Assembly (NCBI GenBank): GCA_951406725.2
Contig: OX597826.1
Coordinates: forward strand, 33,356,001 to 33,420,000
Length of the DNA: 64,000 nt
Origin: Octopus vulgaris
Lineage: Eukaryota
Reading direction: 5' to 3'
The position numbers and the translations under genes were made by a program. The notes under the pieces were generated by a model that was given only the letters and a program-made list of their open reading frames with translations, ran no database searches and was not told the origin of the DNA. This document shows, piece by piece, positions 11,517 to 25,490 of the stretch. How positions within the stretch are numbered: the first letter of the stretch is position 1; every line of letters starts with the position of its first letter.

Positions 11517-11890
11517 TTCTATCTTTTACTTGTTTCAGTCATTAGGCTGTGGCCATGCTGGAGTACTGCCTTGAAGAATTTTTAGTCAAATAAATCATAT
11601 CCAGTACTTATTTACTTTTTTCTGTTAGACTGTTATTTATTCTATCGATATATTTTACTGAACTGCTAAGTCATGGGGATATAGACACACCAGCGCTAGT
11701 TGTCAAGCAGAGGTAGGAGACAGACAGACAGACACACACACACATTTACATGACATACTTCTCTCAATTTCCATCAATCAAATCCACTCACAATGCTTTG
11801 GTAGGCCTAAGGCTATTGTAGAAGACACTTGCCCAAGGTGCCGCGCGGTGGGACTGAACCTGGAAGCAAGCTTCTTACCACTCAGCCAGG
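11517..11890 (-). mobile_element. SINE family 1 copy
   Basis: ttttacttgtttcagtcatt..aaatccactcacaa..gaagacacttgcccaaggtgccgcgcggtgggactgaacc. Confidence 0.85.
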
Positions 11891-12132
11891 ACTATGCTTG
11901 CGTTTTAAAGTTCTCTCTTGCTTCATTGACAATGTGGATGGAGAGCAAAGCCAACATTAAAAGAAAAATATGCAACTCTACTTTCGTCTGTGACCAAAGT
12001 ACTTAGTTTAACTATCTTAGCCGTTTTCATGCCAGACAACGCAAGACTGCTCCTGGTTCCATGAGACAAACTTTGTCTTTTCTTCATGGAATGGTTTGTA
12101 TTAAAACCTTCCACCAAAATTTCATGTTAATT

Positions 12133-12300
12133 ACCCTGCATGTATATGTGAAAGCAGGGCATTATAGTTGCTTGTCTTGTCTGTGTGTTTGCAGAATTAC
12201 TGGAAAATGGCTGAATGGATTTTCACCAAATTTAGCTGAAATACTTATTGGGTGAATGGCTCAAACTCTTTAAATTTTGATGGATGGATGACTCAAACTG
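12133..12300 (+). mobile_element. Possible Crypton-like non-autonomous element fragment
   Basis: Hairpin ccctgc..gcaggg followed by tctgtgtgtttgcagaattac..ggctgaatggattttcaccaaattt, a motif typical of such elements. Confidence 0.4.
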
Positions 12301-12390
12301 ACTTTTTTTCCTTTGTTATATATGTGTAAATGATAAGCAGGGGAAATAACTCATGAAGTTATTTTGTTGAAATATGAATTCGTCTGAGAA

Positions 12391-12766
12391 CATCATCATC
12401 ATCATCATCATCATTTAGCGTCTGTTTTCCATGCTAGCATGGCTTGGACGGTTCAACTGGGGTCTGTGAAGCCGGAAGGCTTCATCAGGCCCAGTCAGAT
12501 CTGGCAGTGTTTCTACGGCTGGATGCCCTTCCTAACGCCAACCACTCCGTGAGTGTAGTGGGTGCTTTTTATGTGCCACCCGCACAGGTGCCAGACAGAG
12601 CTGGCAAATGGCCATGAACGGATGGTGCTTTTACATGCCACTGGCATGGGGGCCAGGCGAGGCTGGCAACGGACACGAGCGGATGGTGCTTTTACATGCC
12701 ACCGGCACGAGGGCCAGGCGAGGCTGGCAATGGACACGAACAGATGGTGCTTTTTACGTGCCACCA
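12391..12766 (-). mobile_element. RTE 3'-end fragment with ~3.3 array units
   Basis: (cat)n tail, 3' UTR and units near-identical to 1-180; it stops inside a unit at cgtgccacc. Confidence 0.9.
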
Positions 12767-13369
12767 TATTTATCAAATTAAATTTTATTTTATCCTTGTG
12801 TGCACCCCTTCGATACCTTTCTTTTACATTTAAGTTTGGAACACCAGCTTTATAATTACAAAATCATTTTAGGAAATTCTGCATTATTTTCAAATTAAAT
12901 GAAACAAAATCCATGTATTTCTGGAGAAATATGGTAAGAAGAGGGTGACACATTATGGCATACTTTCAAGCAAGAGCTATTGTGCAAAGATTAATTCTTC
13001 ATATCTTTATCAGTCAATTCAGTGGTAAATACTCATAACAAGTAGAATTTATCAAAAACTACATGCAAGGGCTTCACTGCAAATCTGACAAAAGCAGTGA
13101 TGATTTGGTAGAATGAGCACAATATCAGTGATAAGGAAAATTACTTTCAGTAGACTGGTATACTATCCAGGGGAATGCTTCATTCTCACACACAGAATAC
13201 TAAAACAATTGGATATATACACTTAAAACAGTATAGAGACATTAATATCTTGATATAAACACAATGACATCTCCCTCGTTCTGTGTCTCTCTCACTCGCT
13301 CTTTCTCTGTATATACTTACATATTATATATGTAAAATATACTATATTATATATATATTATATATTATA

Positions 13370-13563
13370 TGAGGGTGTCTGAAAAGTTCCCAGCTTTGGG
13401 TAAAAGAATATGCAGTGGGATCAGTTAATCATGATTTTATTCAACATATTCCCCTCTCAGATTCACACACTTATTGCAGCGGTCGTTTAGTTTTTCTTTG
13501 CTTTGTATAGAACCAAGCCGTTTGTGATACCCTTAAAACCAAGAACTATTCAGCACGCCCTTT
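13370..13563. mobile_element. Mariner-derived MITE
   Basis: TIRs tgagggtgtctgaaaagttc / gaactattcagcacgccctt with TA flanks. The minus strand encodes RCNKCVNLRGEYVE*, a mariner transposase C-terminus. Confidence 0.75.
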
Positions 13564-13689
13564 TATATATATGCGTGTGTGTGAATGGATGTATACTCTT
13601 AGAAACTGCCATGCCTAGTTTGCTACATCACAAGAGATCTTCTATGCTTACATCATTTGTCTTCATCGTTTTACTGAAAATACCCCACT

Positions 13690-14080
13690 TACGTCTTATA
13701 TTTTAATATGCATTTCACAGTTGCATTACAAAGCTGATAAATTACATGCTGTGAAAATAAACATTTTAGTGTCATTATTGTTTATTTAACATTCGAAATA
13801 TTGTGTAGATCGTCATTTTTGAAACAATATCCATAATTTCTGAATTCTATTGGCAATTTCATAATCAAGAATTGCATTCCAGTTTAACATGTTGCCAACA
13901 TATTCAAAAGAAAGGCATATATTCTAAAGTGTTATCACATAATGATATTTTGCAATTCACATGCGGCTTTCCCAGGGTGGAGCTGATAAAGAACAACAGT
14001 TTTATCAAGATATACTGTGTGGCCTCACATATTGCATGTCAATGAAATAATATCCACAAGAATTTGAAGCTCTGTTATTT
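13690..14080 (-). mobile_element. Ancient RTE/BovB-like RT fragment
   Basis: Frameshifted minus-strand remnants ELQILVD..DKTVVLYQ..LDYEIANRIQK..DTKMFIFTAC. Confidence 0.5.
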
Positions 14081-14501
14081 GTGTTTGACAATCTCTGTCA
14101 TTAGTGCCAACAAGGTTTCTTATTACACATGGAATAGCATGTGATTTAGAGGCAAAGCATCATAGCTTTATTGCCAAGCGTTCCATGCGTGCATACATCA
14201 GTCCTTATTCGTAGCAGTAGATTTATTTTGGACAGGAGCCCTTCCCATTACCAACCTTCAACTGCTTCCATGCTGTAGCTATTTCCTCATGACCAGACAT
14301 GTTTTAACAGAAGATTCAGAACGAAGGATACGACCTACATCATAGTCATGCTCACTTACAGCTACCAAACGATATCAAGTCACGGACATGCAAACACACT
14401 CACACCATACGCACACATATACATGCAAACATTCATATATATATATGTGTGTGTGTGTGTATCCTTATCTTTATATCTATCTATTATATATATAATATAT
14501 A

Positions 14502-14657
14502 TAGGCACAAGAGTGGCTGTATGGTAAAAAAATTGCTTCCCAACACACATGGTTTTGGGTTCAGTCCCACTGCATGGCACCTTGGGCAAGTGTCTTCTAC
14601 TATAACCTCAGGCCAAACAAAGCCTTGTGAGTGGATTTGATAGATGAAAGAAGCCCA
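14502..14657 (+). mobile_element. SINE family 1, 5' half
   Basis: ggcacaagagtggctgtatggt..gggttcagtcccactgcatggcaccttgggcaagtgtc. Confidence 0.85.
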
Positions 14658-14658
14658 T

Positions 14659-14714
<56 letters not shown>

Positions 14715-14830
14715 CGTATATTTGCCATTTCAATATGGCTACCCCTAAGGGTGGATGCTACTGTAGTTTTTAGCCCCAGGAGAACACACTCCTCCAGCTG
14801 GTCATAGACACACTTTCTGTGCCCTGTCAG

Positions 14831-14861
<31 letters not shown>

Positions 14862-15098
14862 ATATATATAATATATGATAGATCACTAGCCACTACACAT
14901 TCTTTATTTTCTCTCCTTGTTTCTTTCTGTGTTCCTTCCTGTGTTCCTTCCCGTAGATACCCTTAATTATAATTTTAATAATAATTGTTACCTTTGAAGG
15001 CTTTTATTTCCATGCTGGCCTCTTGATAAGATTGATATTTAATTTAAATTAACGATCTTATCCTATCCTTATATATATATATATATATATGTACATAT

Positions 15099-15176
<78 letters not shown>

Positions 15177-15519
15177 ATGTGTGTGTGTGTGTGTGTGACA
15201 AATCAAGGACTTTACTAGGCATCTAACCTTTTGCACCGACCAACAGAAGCCATTGTTGCTTGTTGCAGTTCAATTAAGTTCTCTGGTTATGAGAAGCCAT
15301 TTTTGTTTAAAACTGAAATGTTTTAGAATTTCATTGCTTTTATGGTGGCTGGTGGCTTTGAAATGTTTTGTCAAAGTTGTTTCTGTTTTTATAAGGTTGC
15401 TGATGCTAAACAGCATATCTACAATAGTTTTATAACACAGAAAATCTCTTACTGAATAAGCAACCAATGAGTTTTGGATTGATTTTTTAAAAATTTCTAA
15501 ATGTTTAAAAAGAAAGCTT

Positions 15520-15895
<376 letters not shown>

Positions 15896-15925
15896 ATCAT
15901 TATTATTATTATTGTTGTTGTTATT

Positions 15926-16114
15926 AAGCTGGTGAGCTGGCACAATCAACAGACTGTTGAACAAAATGCTAAGTAGCATTTCAACCAGTTTTACACTCTG
16001 AGTTTGAATTTGACTTTGCCAAAATGAAAACCAGTCGAGTTTTGGAATTGATGTAATCAACTTCTCCCTTCCCTCAAAATTGCTGATTTTGTACCAAAAT
16101 ATGAAACCACTATC

Positions 16115-16147
<33 letters not shown>

Positions 16148-16588
16148 GTTATTATTATTATTATTATTAGCAGCAGCATTTCGTCCATCTTTACTTTCTG
16201 AGTTCAAATTCTACTGAGGCCAACCTCTCTTTCCAACCTGGGTGGGTGGGGGTGGGGGGCGATAACATAAGTACCAGTTATGCACTGAGGCTGATGTAAT
16301 CGACTTAAGCCCTCCTCCAAAATTGCTGGCCTTGGGCTAAAATTTGATGGCAGTATTATTATTATTATTAAGGTGGCGAGCTGGCAGAAACATTAGCAAA
16401 ATGGGTGAAATGCTTAGTGGTATTTTGTCTGTCTTTACATTCTGAGTTCAAATTCCACCAAGGTCGACTTTGCCTGTCATCCTTCAGGGTCAATTAATTA
16501 AGTAGCAGTTGTGTACTCAGATTGATCTAATCAACTGCCCCCCCCCCACTCCCCAACAATTTAGGCCTCGTGCCTAGAGTAGAAAAGA

Positions 16589-16673
<85 letters not shown>

Positions 16674-16861
16674 CCTCATTGTTGCCTTTGCACAGTTTCT
16701 AATACTGGAGATGTACTACAGTGTCAGCTGTTCACTACCAGTGGACTAGGTAACACCGTTTATTTTTCGAGCACCTTCTGGAGTATTTGAGTGGTTCCTA
16801 GCAGTGCTGTTTTCTGCAAGTGCTCCACCCTTATTGCAGCCCCTATTTGTTCCATGTACTT

Positions 16862-16899
<38 letters not shown>

Positions 16900-17100
16900 G
16901 GTGATGAACAGCTAGAATCTTTAGACCATTGGAAAAGATGCTTCGAGGTATTTATTTGGATTAATCTTGTCGGCATTATCTTTGCCTTTTATTCTTTCAG
17001 GGTCAACGAAATAATTGTTAATCATGAGCTAGATTCAATAGTACTGACTGGTCACCCCTCCCTTTAAAACTGCTGACTATTGGCCTCAACTACGAATAAT
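15926..17100 (+). mobile_element. Cluster of four family-2 (Nin/Deu-like) SINEs separated by (TTA)n
   Basis: Copies at ~15926-16110, 16170-16345, 16370-16590 and 16899-17100 share ctgagttcaaattc..gactttgcc..cctt(c)aggggtc..aagtaccag. Confidence 0.8.
16674..16864 (-). mobile_element. R4/Dong 3' fragment inserted in (TAA)n
   Basis: Minus strand EKYMEQIGAAIRVEHLQKTALLGTTQILQKVLEK* plus 3' UTR, with (TTA)n on both sides. Confidence 0.8.
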
Positions 17101-17209
17101 TATTAATTAAAGTAAGCTCAAGAATAACAACAGAATATTTACTGAAGTGGAGGGTCAAGACTGAAAATGAACCCAAAATTGTTATGAAATTAATTTCGAC
17201 AGGGTCGAT

Positions 17210-18696
17210 AATTTTTTCTCAAGAGGCAAAACTCTGAGTTTTAATCCAATCAAATTTTGTAGTCAATTTTACAGAAAATATTTTCAGTAAGAATATCTAT
17301 TCATTCTATTGTCTCTTTGAAACAGTTCTTTAAAATATATGCTGGAAACTTATTCCAATTAACAATCACATTTTGAACCATCATCTTTAAATTTGCAAAC
17401 ATATTATTATCTTCTTCATTATGCTTGAGTCTTTCAGACATTATAATGCAGTTGTCACCTGTGAATGCACCAAATTTCATAGAGCAAGAAAGGGAGAGAA
17501 ATAGAGAGAAAGAGAGAAGGGAGTGAAAGCGAGAGAGAGCATTTTTTCCAGATTTCTCTTCACATAATTAACAATTGTGTCTGCAGTGTTATTAGATGTG
17601 TTCTTTTAACTCAATCAGTTCTAACTGTAAACCATCATTCTTCCAGTCAAAGCACTGAATAATTACAGGAAATAACTTTAGTGAACTGTTATTGCTTCCA
17701 TCTGTAACAATTCCACACTATGCTGTCTTATTTTCTTCAAGATTTTTCATGGCAGCATTTACAAAATTCGGTGCAATCACACAGAATTAACAATTGCTTC
17801 TATTTTTGTTTGACTACAAGAAAATTTCCTTGCCATTTCAGAGGCAGAGGAAATCTTTTTAACAAACGCAGATAACCAGATGATGGACATGATGCGACTG
17901 TGATGTTTAATAATGTGAATAAAATGCACAACAAATGCCTTCTGTCACACTGAGAACAACCATAAATTTCCCAACCCGAATCAACAAAATATTTATCAGT
18001 TTCATTGCTGTGTCCTCTACCCTGAACGGGTTTCTGACATTTCTACACATTCATAAATCATTATTATGCATATTTTTCCCCCAAAACATGCATTTTTGGT
18101 TAACATACTAGCACTGCATTTGCCATTGATCCTTGCCTCTTTGAAATCAGGCAGTGTGTTTGGCAATACTGTAATTTTACTTTTCTATTTTGACATTTTG
18201 GCCTTGGGATTTACGGCACCATTTTATACTCTGGAAAACTACAAAAACCCCTACAATATTAGCTGTAGAAACAAGCAACAAACTCACAACAAAGACTAAG
18301 ATTAAATAAACATTATCACTTTAGATTAAAGACTGACCAATCATCAATCAGCATTATAGTTTGCCAATACCCATAAATAAATTGGTGGAAAATGAATAGA
18401 TTACGGTCGAAAATTGATTGCCATATTACCGTTAAAAACTGGACTTGAAAAACAAATGCTCACTAATAAGGTTTACTTCCATTTATTTTACTTTCATTTA
18501 TACCATTTACGAAACAAAATTTGAAAAAAAAGCTAGCAAAATGCACAGGACTGAAAAACCATGAAATGCAGTATGTGATCCACTGTGTTTCTGCAAAAAT
18601 TGCTCACAGCTAAGCTGGCTAATCTCTACATGTGATAATGTAATACATTGGCTGTCAAAAAACTAAACCAGATCTCAAGGATTTCCACACGCCCTC
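17210..18696 (-). mobile_element. Decayed hAT-superfamily transposon
   Basis: Minus-strand remnants IKHH..MARKFSCSQTKIEAIVNS..GIVTDGSNNSSLKLFPVIIQCFDW..AFTGDNC..NMFANLK..LIGISFPAYILKN (first D, second D and a CxxH-like position). Outer boundary is tentative. Confidence 0.7.
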
Positions 18697-18932
18697 TCTA
18701 CAGTTGTTTCTCATCACTTGGATGTCGAGTTTATTTTTTTTTTTGCTTTTACTTATTTTATTTTTTATTAATGTCTGCGGAGAAAAATGAAAGAAGTTGA
18801 AATTCTAGATTTTGTAAATTTTTAGAATTTACTTTTTCATGAAAATTTTTGAAACCTAAGTGGAGGGTATGGCTGGGAAAATACAAATGTATGTAAACAC
18901 ACGCCACCCCTCCATGCATATATATATGTGTG

Positions 18933-18980
<48 letters not shown>

Positions 18981-19023
18981 TATATATATAAACATAAATA
19001 TATATATATATATAAATATAAAT

Positions 19024-19112
<89 letters not shown>

Positions 19113-19177
19113 TATATATGATTATATATAAATAAATATGTATATGTATATATATAACATGAAGTAACCATGCAGTT

Positions 19178-20087
19178 TAGGGTCAGGTACATAAATTTTT
19201 ACAAAAAAACTGGTTATAAATACTAAAATAATGGTAGTGGACAGATGATATAATTCTAATGTAACATTTATCAAAACAAAGACATCTGTCTCTCAGTATG
19301 GCCACCCTTTTGGGCAATTATTGCCTCCACATGTGAAGAAAATTTTCTTGCAGCTGCTTCAACCTCTGCTGTTTGCATTTTGTGTGTCGCACACATTATG
19401 TGGGTCTTCAAGCTACTGAAACTCGAGTGTAGTGAAGCATTGGTCCTTGCTGGAAATTATGCCCTATAGAAAGTAATTGAGAAAGTTAAGATCTTGGCTA
19501 TTACTAGGCCAGATGTTGACCCTCACAAAAAATGGTACCTTCTCGTCAAATAAGGCCTATGTTACTTTTGACCCATTGTATGATGCAGAAACCTGGATAA
19601 GCACCACATTGTTAAGCCCAAACTTTTGCTCCATCTAAGGTAACTGAGAGATCCTCAGGATATTCAGATACTCATTTGTGATAATCTTCAAGCCAGACTT
19701 AATGAAGTGTGGATGCATGACATTTCCATCATTTTCCACGGCTCCAAATACCATCACAGAAGTAAGATTCTTAGTCTCAAACACAGAAGGAATGTCAGAA
19801 GGGTTGTATGCAATCACTTGAGAATATCTGTGATTCACCTCAGCATCCACAGTGGATATCTCATCCACAAACATGAGAGTTTTTCTTGCACCTTGATGCT
19901 AGATGAATGACAAAAGATTTGGGCATCTCCCTGTTCTGATTGCTTTGACCTTGGCTTTTAGGAGATGATGACATCATCGAACATGACTATTCCTGTCCAC
20001 AGCTCTGGACACTGTGGAAAGGGAAACATTGTGTTTCTTTGCAAAAGCTATCATAAATGTGGATATGTTGACTTCATTTGAATGTCT
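19178..20087 (-). mobile_element. Decayed maT/DD37D (IS630-Tc1-mariner) transposon
   Basis: ORF 19635-19874 FVDE..TKNLTSVMVFGAVENDG..GLKI; downstream WPSNSQDLNFLNY and VEAIIAQKGGHTE. Confidence 0.8.
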
Positions 20088-21190
20088 GAGACATGATGTT
20101 GTAGCAAGGACACTCTATAATGAAATCTATTGGAAGAATAACCCTGAAGACAAAGAAATAGGAACCCAAGTATGGTAGAAGCCATAGCCACTCATAAGAA
20201 AAAGGAGTACAAGTGGAATGTCCCAGTGAAGACCTCAATAAAATGTAAGCACAACAGACCTGATTTAATGATTTGGGATAGAGAAGAGAAACTGTACACA
20301 GTTGTGGTAATTAGCTGCCCCGTAGATGTTAACATAAAGCTGAAGATCAGTAAAAAAGAAAATACCAACTCTGAACTATTGAAAAATTTGCAGTTACTCT
20401 ATCCAGATTACAAGTTCAGATTTATACCTGTAATTATTGAGGCCCTGGGATATGTAACACACTGCCTAAATACCAATCTTGAGAAATTAGGCTTCTCAAA
20501 ACCAGAAAGGAGAAAGCTAATTTGAAGACTACAGATCCAATCCACCACTGGAACTGTAAAAATCTGTAAAACTTTCCAGAAGTTTATCATTTAAATGTAT
20601 ATGAGCATGTCTAGATATGCAACTATATGCATGAGAATACATACATAAAGCAAAACATACAAATCTGCATGTATACATACATACATACATGCAAACATAC
20701 CCTGTTGTTAATGTTGAAATTCCAATGAAGGAGTCTTAGATCTAGGTTAGAAACCAGCTCTATTGGCAAAAAATCTTGAAATAAAACTGAATAATGACAC
20801 ATACACACATACATGCATGCACACACACATACACACGCATACACACATACATACATACATACATACATACATACATACATACATACATACATACATGAGA
20901 AGTTAGGCTTTCTCAAAACTAGAAAGGAAAAAGCTAATTCAAAGACTACAGATCCAACCCATCACTGGAACAGTAAAGATCTGTAAAACTTTCCAGAAGT
21001 TTATCATTTGAATGTATATGAACATGTCTAAATATGCAACTATATGCACGAGAATACATACATACATACATACATACAAAAATAGCCTGTTGATGTAGTT
21101 GGCATTCTGATGCAGGAGACTTGCATCTAGGTCAGAAACCAGCTCTTTCTCTGTTGGTAAGAAATCTTGAAATAAAACTGAATAATGACG
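20088..21190 (+). mobile_element. RLE-type (R4/Dong-related) LINE 3' part with tandemly duplicated 3' end
   Basis: RHDVVARTLY..WNVPVKT..HNRPDLMIWD..ISCP..IPVIIEALG. Segment ~20500-20800 is repeated at ~20897-21190. Confidence 0.8.
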
Positions 21191-21480
21191 TACATATGTA
21201 AACATACATATGTACGTACAGACAGGCTCACATGAACACACACATAACCTGTTCATTTCGTAAAATCATAATCAGATACAATTATTTACCATAAATTTAT
21301 GATTTGTCATAAATGTGTGATGTTAGGTTTGAAGTGAGACTGTAGCAATAAAGGTAGGCAGAGAGATACACAGAGACAAACAGACACTCTCTCTATGCCT
21401 CCTCTAACACACACATATACATATATATGCAAATATACACACACATGCCTATATATATGGATATGTGTGTGTCAGTGTAT

Positions 21481-21524
<44 letters not shown>

Positions 21525-21566
21525 TATTTACATATATATATATTTATACACACACATATACATATT

Positions 21567-21605
<39 letters not shown>

Positions 21606-22113
21606 TGATGTATATGTTCATACTTTGCACATGTATAATGAAATAGTCAGCATTAACCAAATCGTTTTATGCAACCAGGGAGCAGGGAACTAACTCCAAG
21701 GACAACAAGTGCTTTCATCTGATTTACTCAAATAAATAGTCAAGCTAATTACATTTAGTCATTTAATTTATTTTCCTAGTTTATTCTTTTTATATATATT
21801 TTTTTATATTATTATATTCAATGTACTCTACTGGAGGCAATAGGAGAGGGTGATGCATTAGTTCTGACTTTAGGTTTTTATTGACGATTTTTTGGGGGGT
21901 TTTTTCTGTTCTCTCTTTTCTATTCTTTCATCCACTTCTCTTCGTGTTTCTGAGAGAAGAAAGATTTATTTTCACATTGTTCAAGTGCTTCATACATTTG
22001 TGTTTGTTGTGTGTGTGTGTGTGTGTGTGCGTGTGTGTGCATGTGTGCATGTGTATATGTGTGGTGTGTGCGCATGTATGTATATATGCACAAGTATATA
22101 TACATGCATATAC

Positions 22114-22149
<36 letters not shown>

Positions 22150-22163
<14 letters not shown>

Positions 22164-22531
22164 GGCAGTTTGTCTGTGCGTGTTTCTGTGTGTCTGTTTG
22201 CTTGTACCCTCACCCTGACCACGGCTTTCAACCGATTCTGATGAAACTTGACACACACATAGCCCAATGTCATAATTCAAAACTAACGCAGCGAAAATTT
22301 TGAAAAGTTCCCCCAGTTCTGAAAAAAATCAATAAATTCGACATGGGGTCGAGAATCAGGAACACAAACCACAAACTGTGTAGGGGACGCAACTCCACCT
22401 TTTTTAACTATCAAAAAAAATTTACCATCATTTTTTTCCCATTTTTTTGCTGTTTTTTTGCTATAACTCTCTAAAAATGCTTTATAGTTATTTCCCTTAC
22501 AACCCTGAGCAACGCCGGGCGATACTGCTAG
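22150..22531 (+). mobile_element. Non-autonomous Helitron
   Basis: 5' (ta)n-aaacggcagtttgtctgtg..aaccgattctgatgaaacttg; 3' GC hairpin ccctgagcaacgccgggc, then terminal CTAG followed by T. Confidence 0.75.
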
Positions 22532-22548
22532 TATATATATATATATAT

Positions 22549-22878
22549 AAAACATAGTGTACGTATTTATACACAAAAGCGGTACAAAATAGGACACCTT
22601 ACATGCTAGAAAGGGCAGTTAAACCCCAAACTGCGAATAAATTAATTTCAAGGGGAATGAAAAATATAAATATTTCTGTACTTACCCCTAGACTCAAGTT
22701 TCTGCATTAATGTGCAAATAAATTCATTTGCTATCTGGGTACCTATAGTAATATTTGCTATAGGGGTAACTATGGTATAGAAATATTAAAGTTTTTTCTT
22801 CCCTTTGAAATTACTCTTATTCGTGGCTTTAACTGCTCTTTCTAGCATGTAAGGTGTATAAATACATACACTATTTTA
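22549..22878. repeat. Fold-back (inverted repeat) element
   Basis: acaccttacatgctagaaagggcagttaaa / tttaactgctctttctagcatgtaaggtgt and tagtgtacgtatttatacac / gtgtataaatacatacacta. Confidence 0.85.
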
Positions 22879-22983
22879 TATAAAAATGTATTGTCTATTG
22901 ACTTTATTATGCATGCTGGCCACTGGTAGAAAATTTCTCTAGATTTTCTACCCTTATGATATATATATATACATATATACATA

Positions 22984-23025
<42 letters not shown>

Positions 23026-23102
23026 TATACATATATATATATAATAAAAACTTACTTGGAGGATAAGAAACGACGCGAGGCGCTCAGTCATATAATAACC
23101 AT

Positions 23103-23250
23103 TTAACAAATAAAACATATGCATACATACGTACATATATGTACGTACCTACATCTATATGTATATATACATGCATATGCGTGTATATATACATATAGAT
23201 GTAGGTACGTACATATATGTATGTATGTATGCATATGTTTTATTTGTTAA
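23103..23250. repeat. Near-perfect spacerless 148-bp palindrome
   Basis: ttaacaaataaaacatatgcatacatac..gcat|atgc..gtatgtatgcatatgttttatttgttaa, with about 2 mismatches. Confidence 0.9.
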
Positions 23251-23749
23251 GTTTGTTATTATATATATATATGTGTGTGTGTGTGTGTATACATGCATGT
23301 ATATATTTTTTTATTTGGATATATCATGTGGCAACATGATGTGTACACTTTTACAATGAAGGAATAAATATTTCTACCTAAAAATACTGTCCCGCTTCAT
23401 AAGTAGGTTTTACATTTTATGTACTTGTTGTTTTTCTGCCTGAGTTAATTTTGGCTGAGTATACCAACAACTTACATCTTAATCCCAGAAGGAAGCATTC
23501 AACGAGAGTTTCTGGCTATGGACATAGATATAGAATATTTTTGTGAAGTAGAGTTTGCTACCATTTAAAACAAGTACTCAAGTCTACAGTCTCTAAAATA
23601 TACTTGAAAATATAAAACTGACATAGAGATAGAATTCTTTAAGGTAATTATCTGTAAGAAGTGGTAAGCTATTTTTTCAAGCACTTGCCCTTCATCAGAA
23701 AGTAAAAATAATTTAGCCACCAATTCTGTGTTTGCATTTTATTTTTATT

Positions 23750-24253
<504 letters not shown>

Positions 24254-24445
24254 TGATTTCTGCAAATGGCTATGTGTTAGATTTTTCTGGTGCAAACCCT
24301 TATTATTTTATTTAGATTCTGGATCTTAATCAGGAAATATAATTCTTCTACACATTTTAGGTATTCTAACACATTCTCTAGCAAGACATCTTCACAGGTT
24401 GCATAAAACGAAAAGAAAACAAAATATCCAGAAATAAAAGTATGT

Positions 24446-25074
24446 TTAACCCTTTAGCATTTTAAATTGTCCATATCCATATCTTTGCTATTATGCAAAA
24501 GTGTCGTAAGTCCAAAACGTTGCATTTTCTGAAAACGAAAATATAATTTCACCACTGCATTTCCTTTTACATTATCCACAGTTCCAGCTTTATAATAATA
24601 TATCGTTGGCTGCATAAAATCGTAACTCCATGTATGTATGTTATATTTTCAGTCAGAAATATTTTTTTGCAAAACTGTCGTATGTGGGACTTACTACACA
24701 CTTGAAAAATGCTAAACTGTTGAACTACACTTTGACAAATTTTTATATCTTGGCATCTGAAGTAGCTGGATATACAATAGTTTGACCAAAAGAACTGGCT
24801 ATTGCAAGCAAAATTAAATATTGAAAAAATGCATTTGGCCAAATTTGGACATACGACAGTTTAACATAATAGCAACGATATAAAATATCCAGTATTGTTT
24901 TATCTTCACACTGGCCAGATCTGGCCTCTTGCACTTTCCTGACAATATTATTCTGAAAATAAACAATCATGTCATTGAAAGCTCAAAGCTTCAAAGTAAT
25001 GGATGACTAATTTAAATCAATGAGAATAAACAAACATTACATTTGACAGAGAAATCTGAATGCTAAAGGGTTAA
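24446..25074. mobile_element. TTAA MITE family A (piggyBac-like ends) with a nested TIR element
   Basis: Perfect TIRs TTAA-ccctttagcatt / aatgctaaaggg-TTAA. Confidence 0.85.
24479..24881. mobile_element. Nested non-autonomous DNA transposon
   Basis: TIRs atatctttgctattatgcaaaagtgtcgtaagtccaaa / tttggacatacgacagtttaacataatagcaacgatat, with an internal partial copy of the motif at ~24669. Confidence 0.7.
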
Positions 25075-25224
25075 AAACTCAAAGATACCAACTAGATTAG
25101 TCAAAGTGGCCATTCTCAGCTTCCAGCATTGCCTCAAGACAGTTTCAGAATCTGGCACATGCATTCCTTTCAGTGTCCTTGTTAAAGATTCTTGAACACC
25201 TCCTTTGGTGTTTGGCGCGAATTG

Positions 25225-25340
25225 CTGGCTTCAGTCCCATTGCATGGAACTTTGGGCAAGTGTCTTCTACTATAACCATGGGCTGACCAAAGCCTTGTGA
25301 TAGATTCGGTAGATGAAAACTAAAAGAAGCCTATCGTATA
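25225..25340 (+). mobile_element. SINE family 1 fragment
   Basis: ttcagtcccattgcatggaactttgggcaagtgtcttc..aaagaagcc. Confidence 0.75.
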
Positions 25341-25490
25341 TATATATATATACACATACATACATGTTTTATATATATATATATATATTAATGGTTATTT
25401 TTAATAATAACATAACAGCGTTCCCTTCATCATATATGCAGTAATCATATTTGGTTAAAATGTCTTATTGATGTATTTTGTTTCTCTTTT

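Larger units (their letters stand above)
12005..12950. mobile_element. MITE family B with nested insertions
   Basis: Left piece ..attaaaaccttccaccaaaatttcatgttaatt (to ~12133) and right piece aacaccagcttt..gaaatatggtaagaagagggt (12835-12950) match the reverse complement of 35363-35594. Confidence 0.6.

Noticed and set aside
22238-22250. CTGATGAAAC motif
   Set aside because: It is part of the Helitron body, and the two core halves overlap, so no ribozyme fold is possible.
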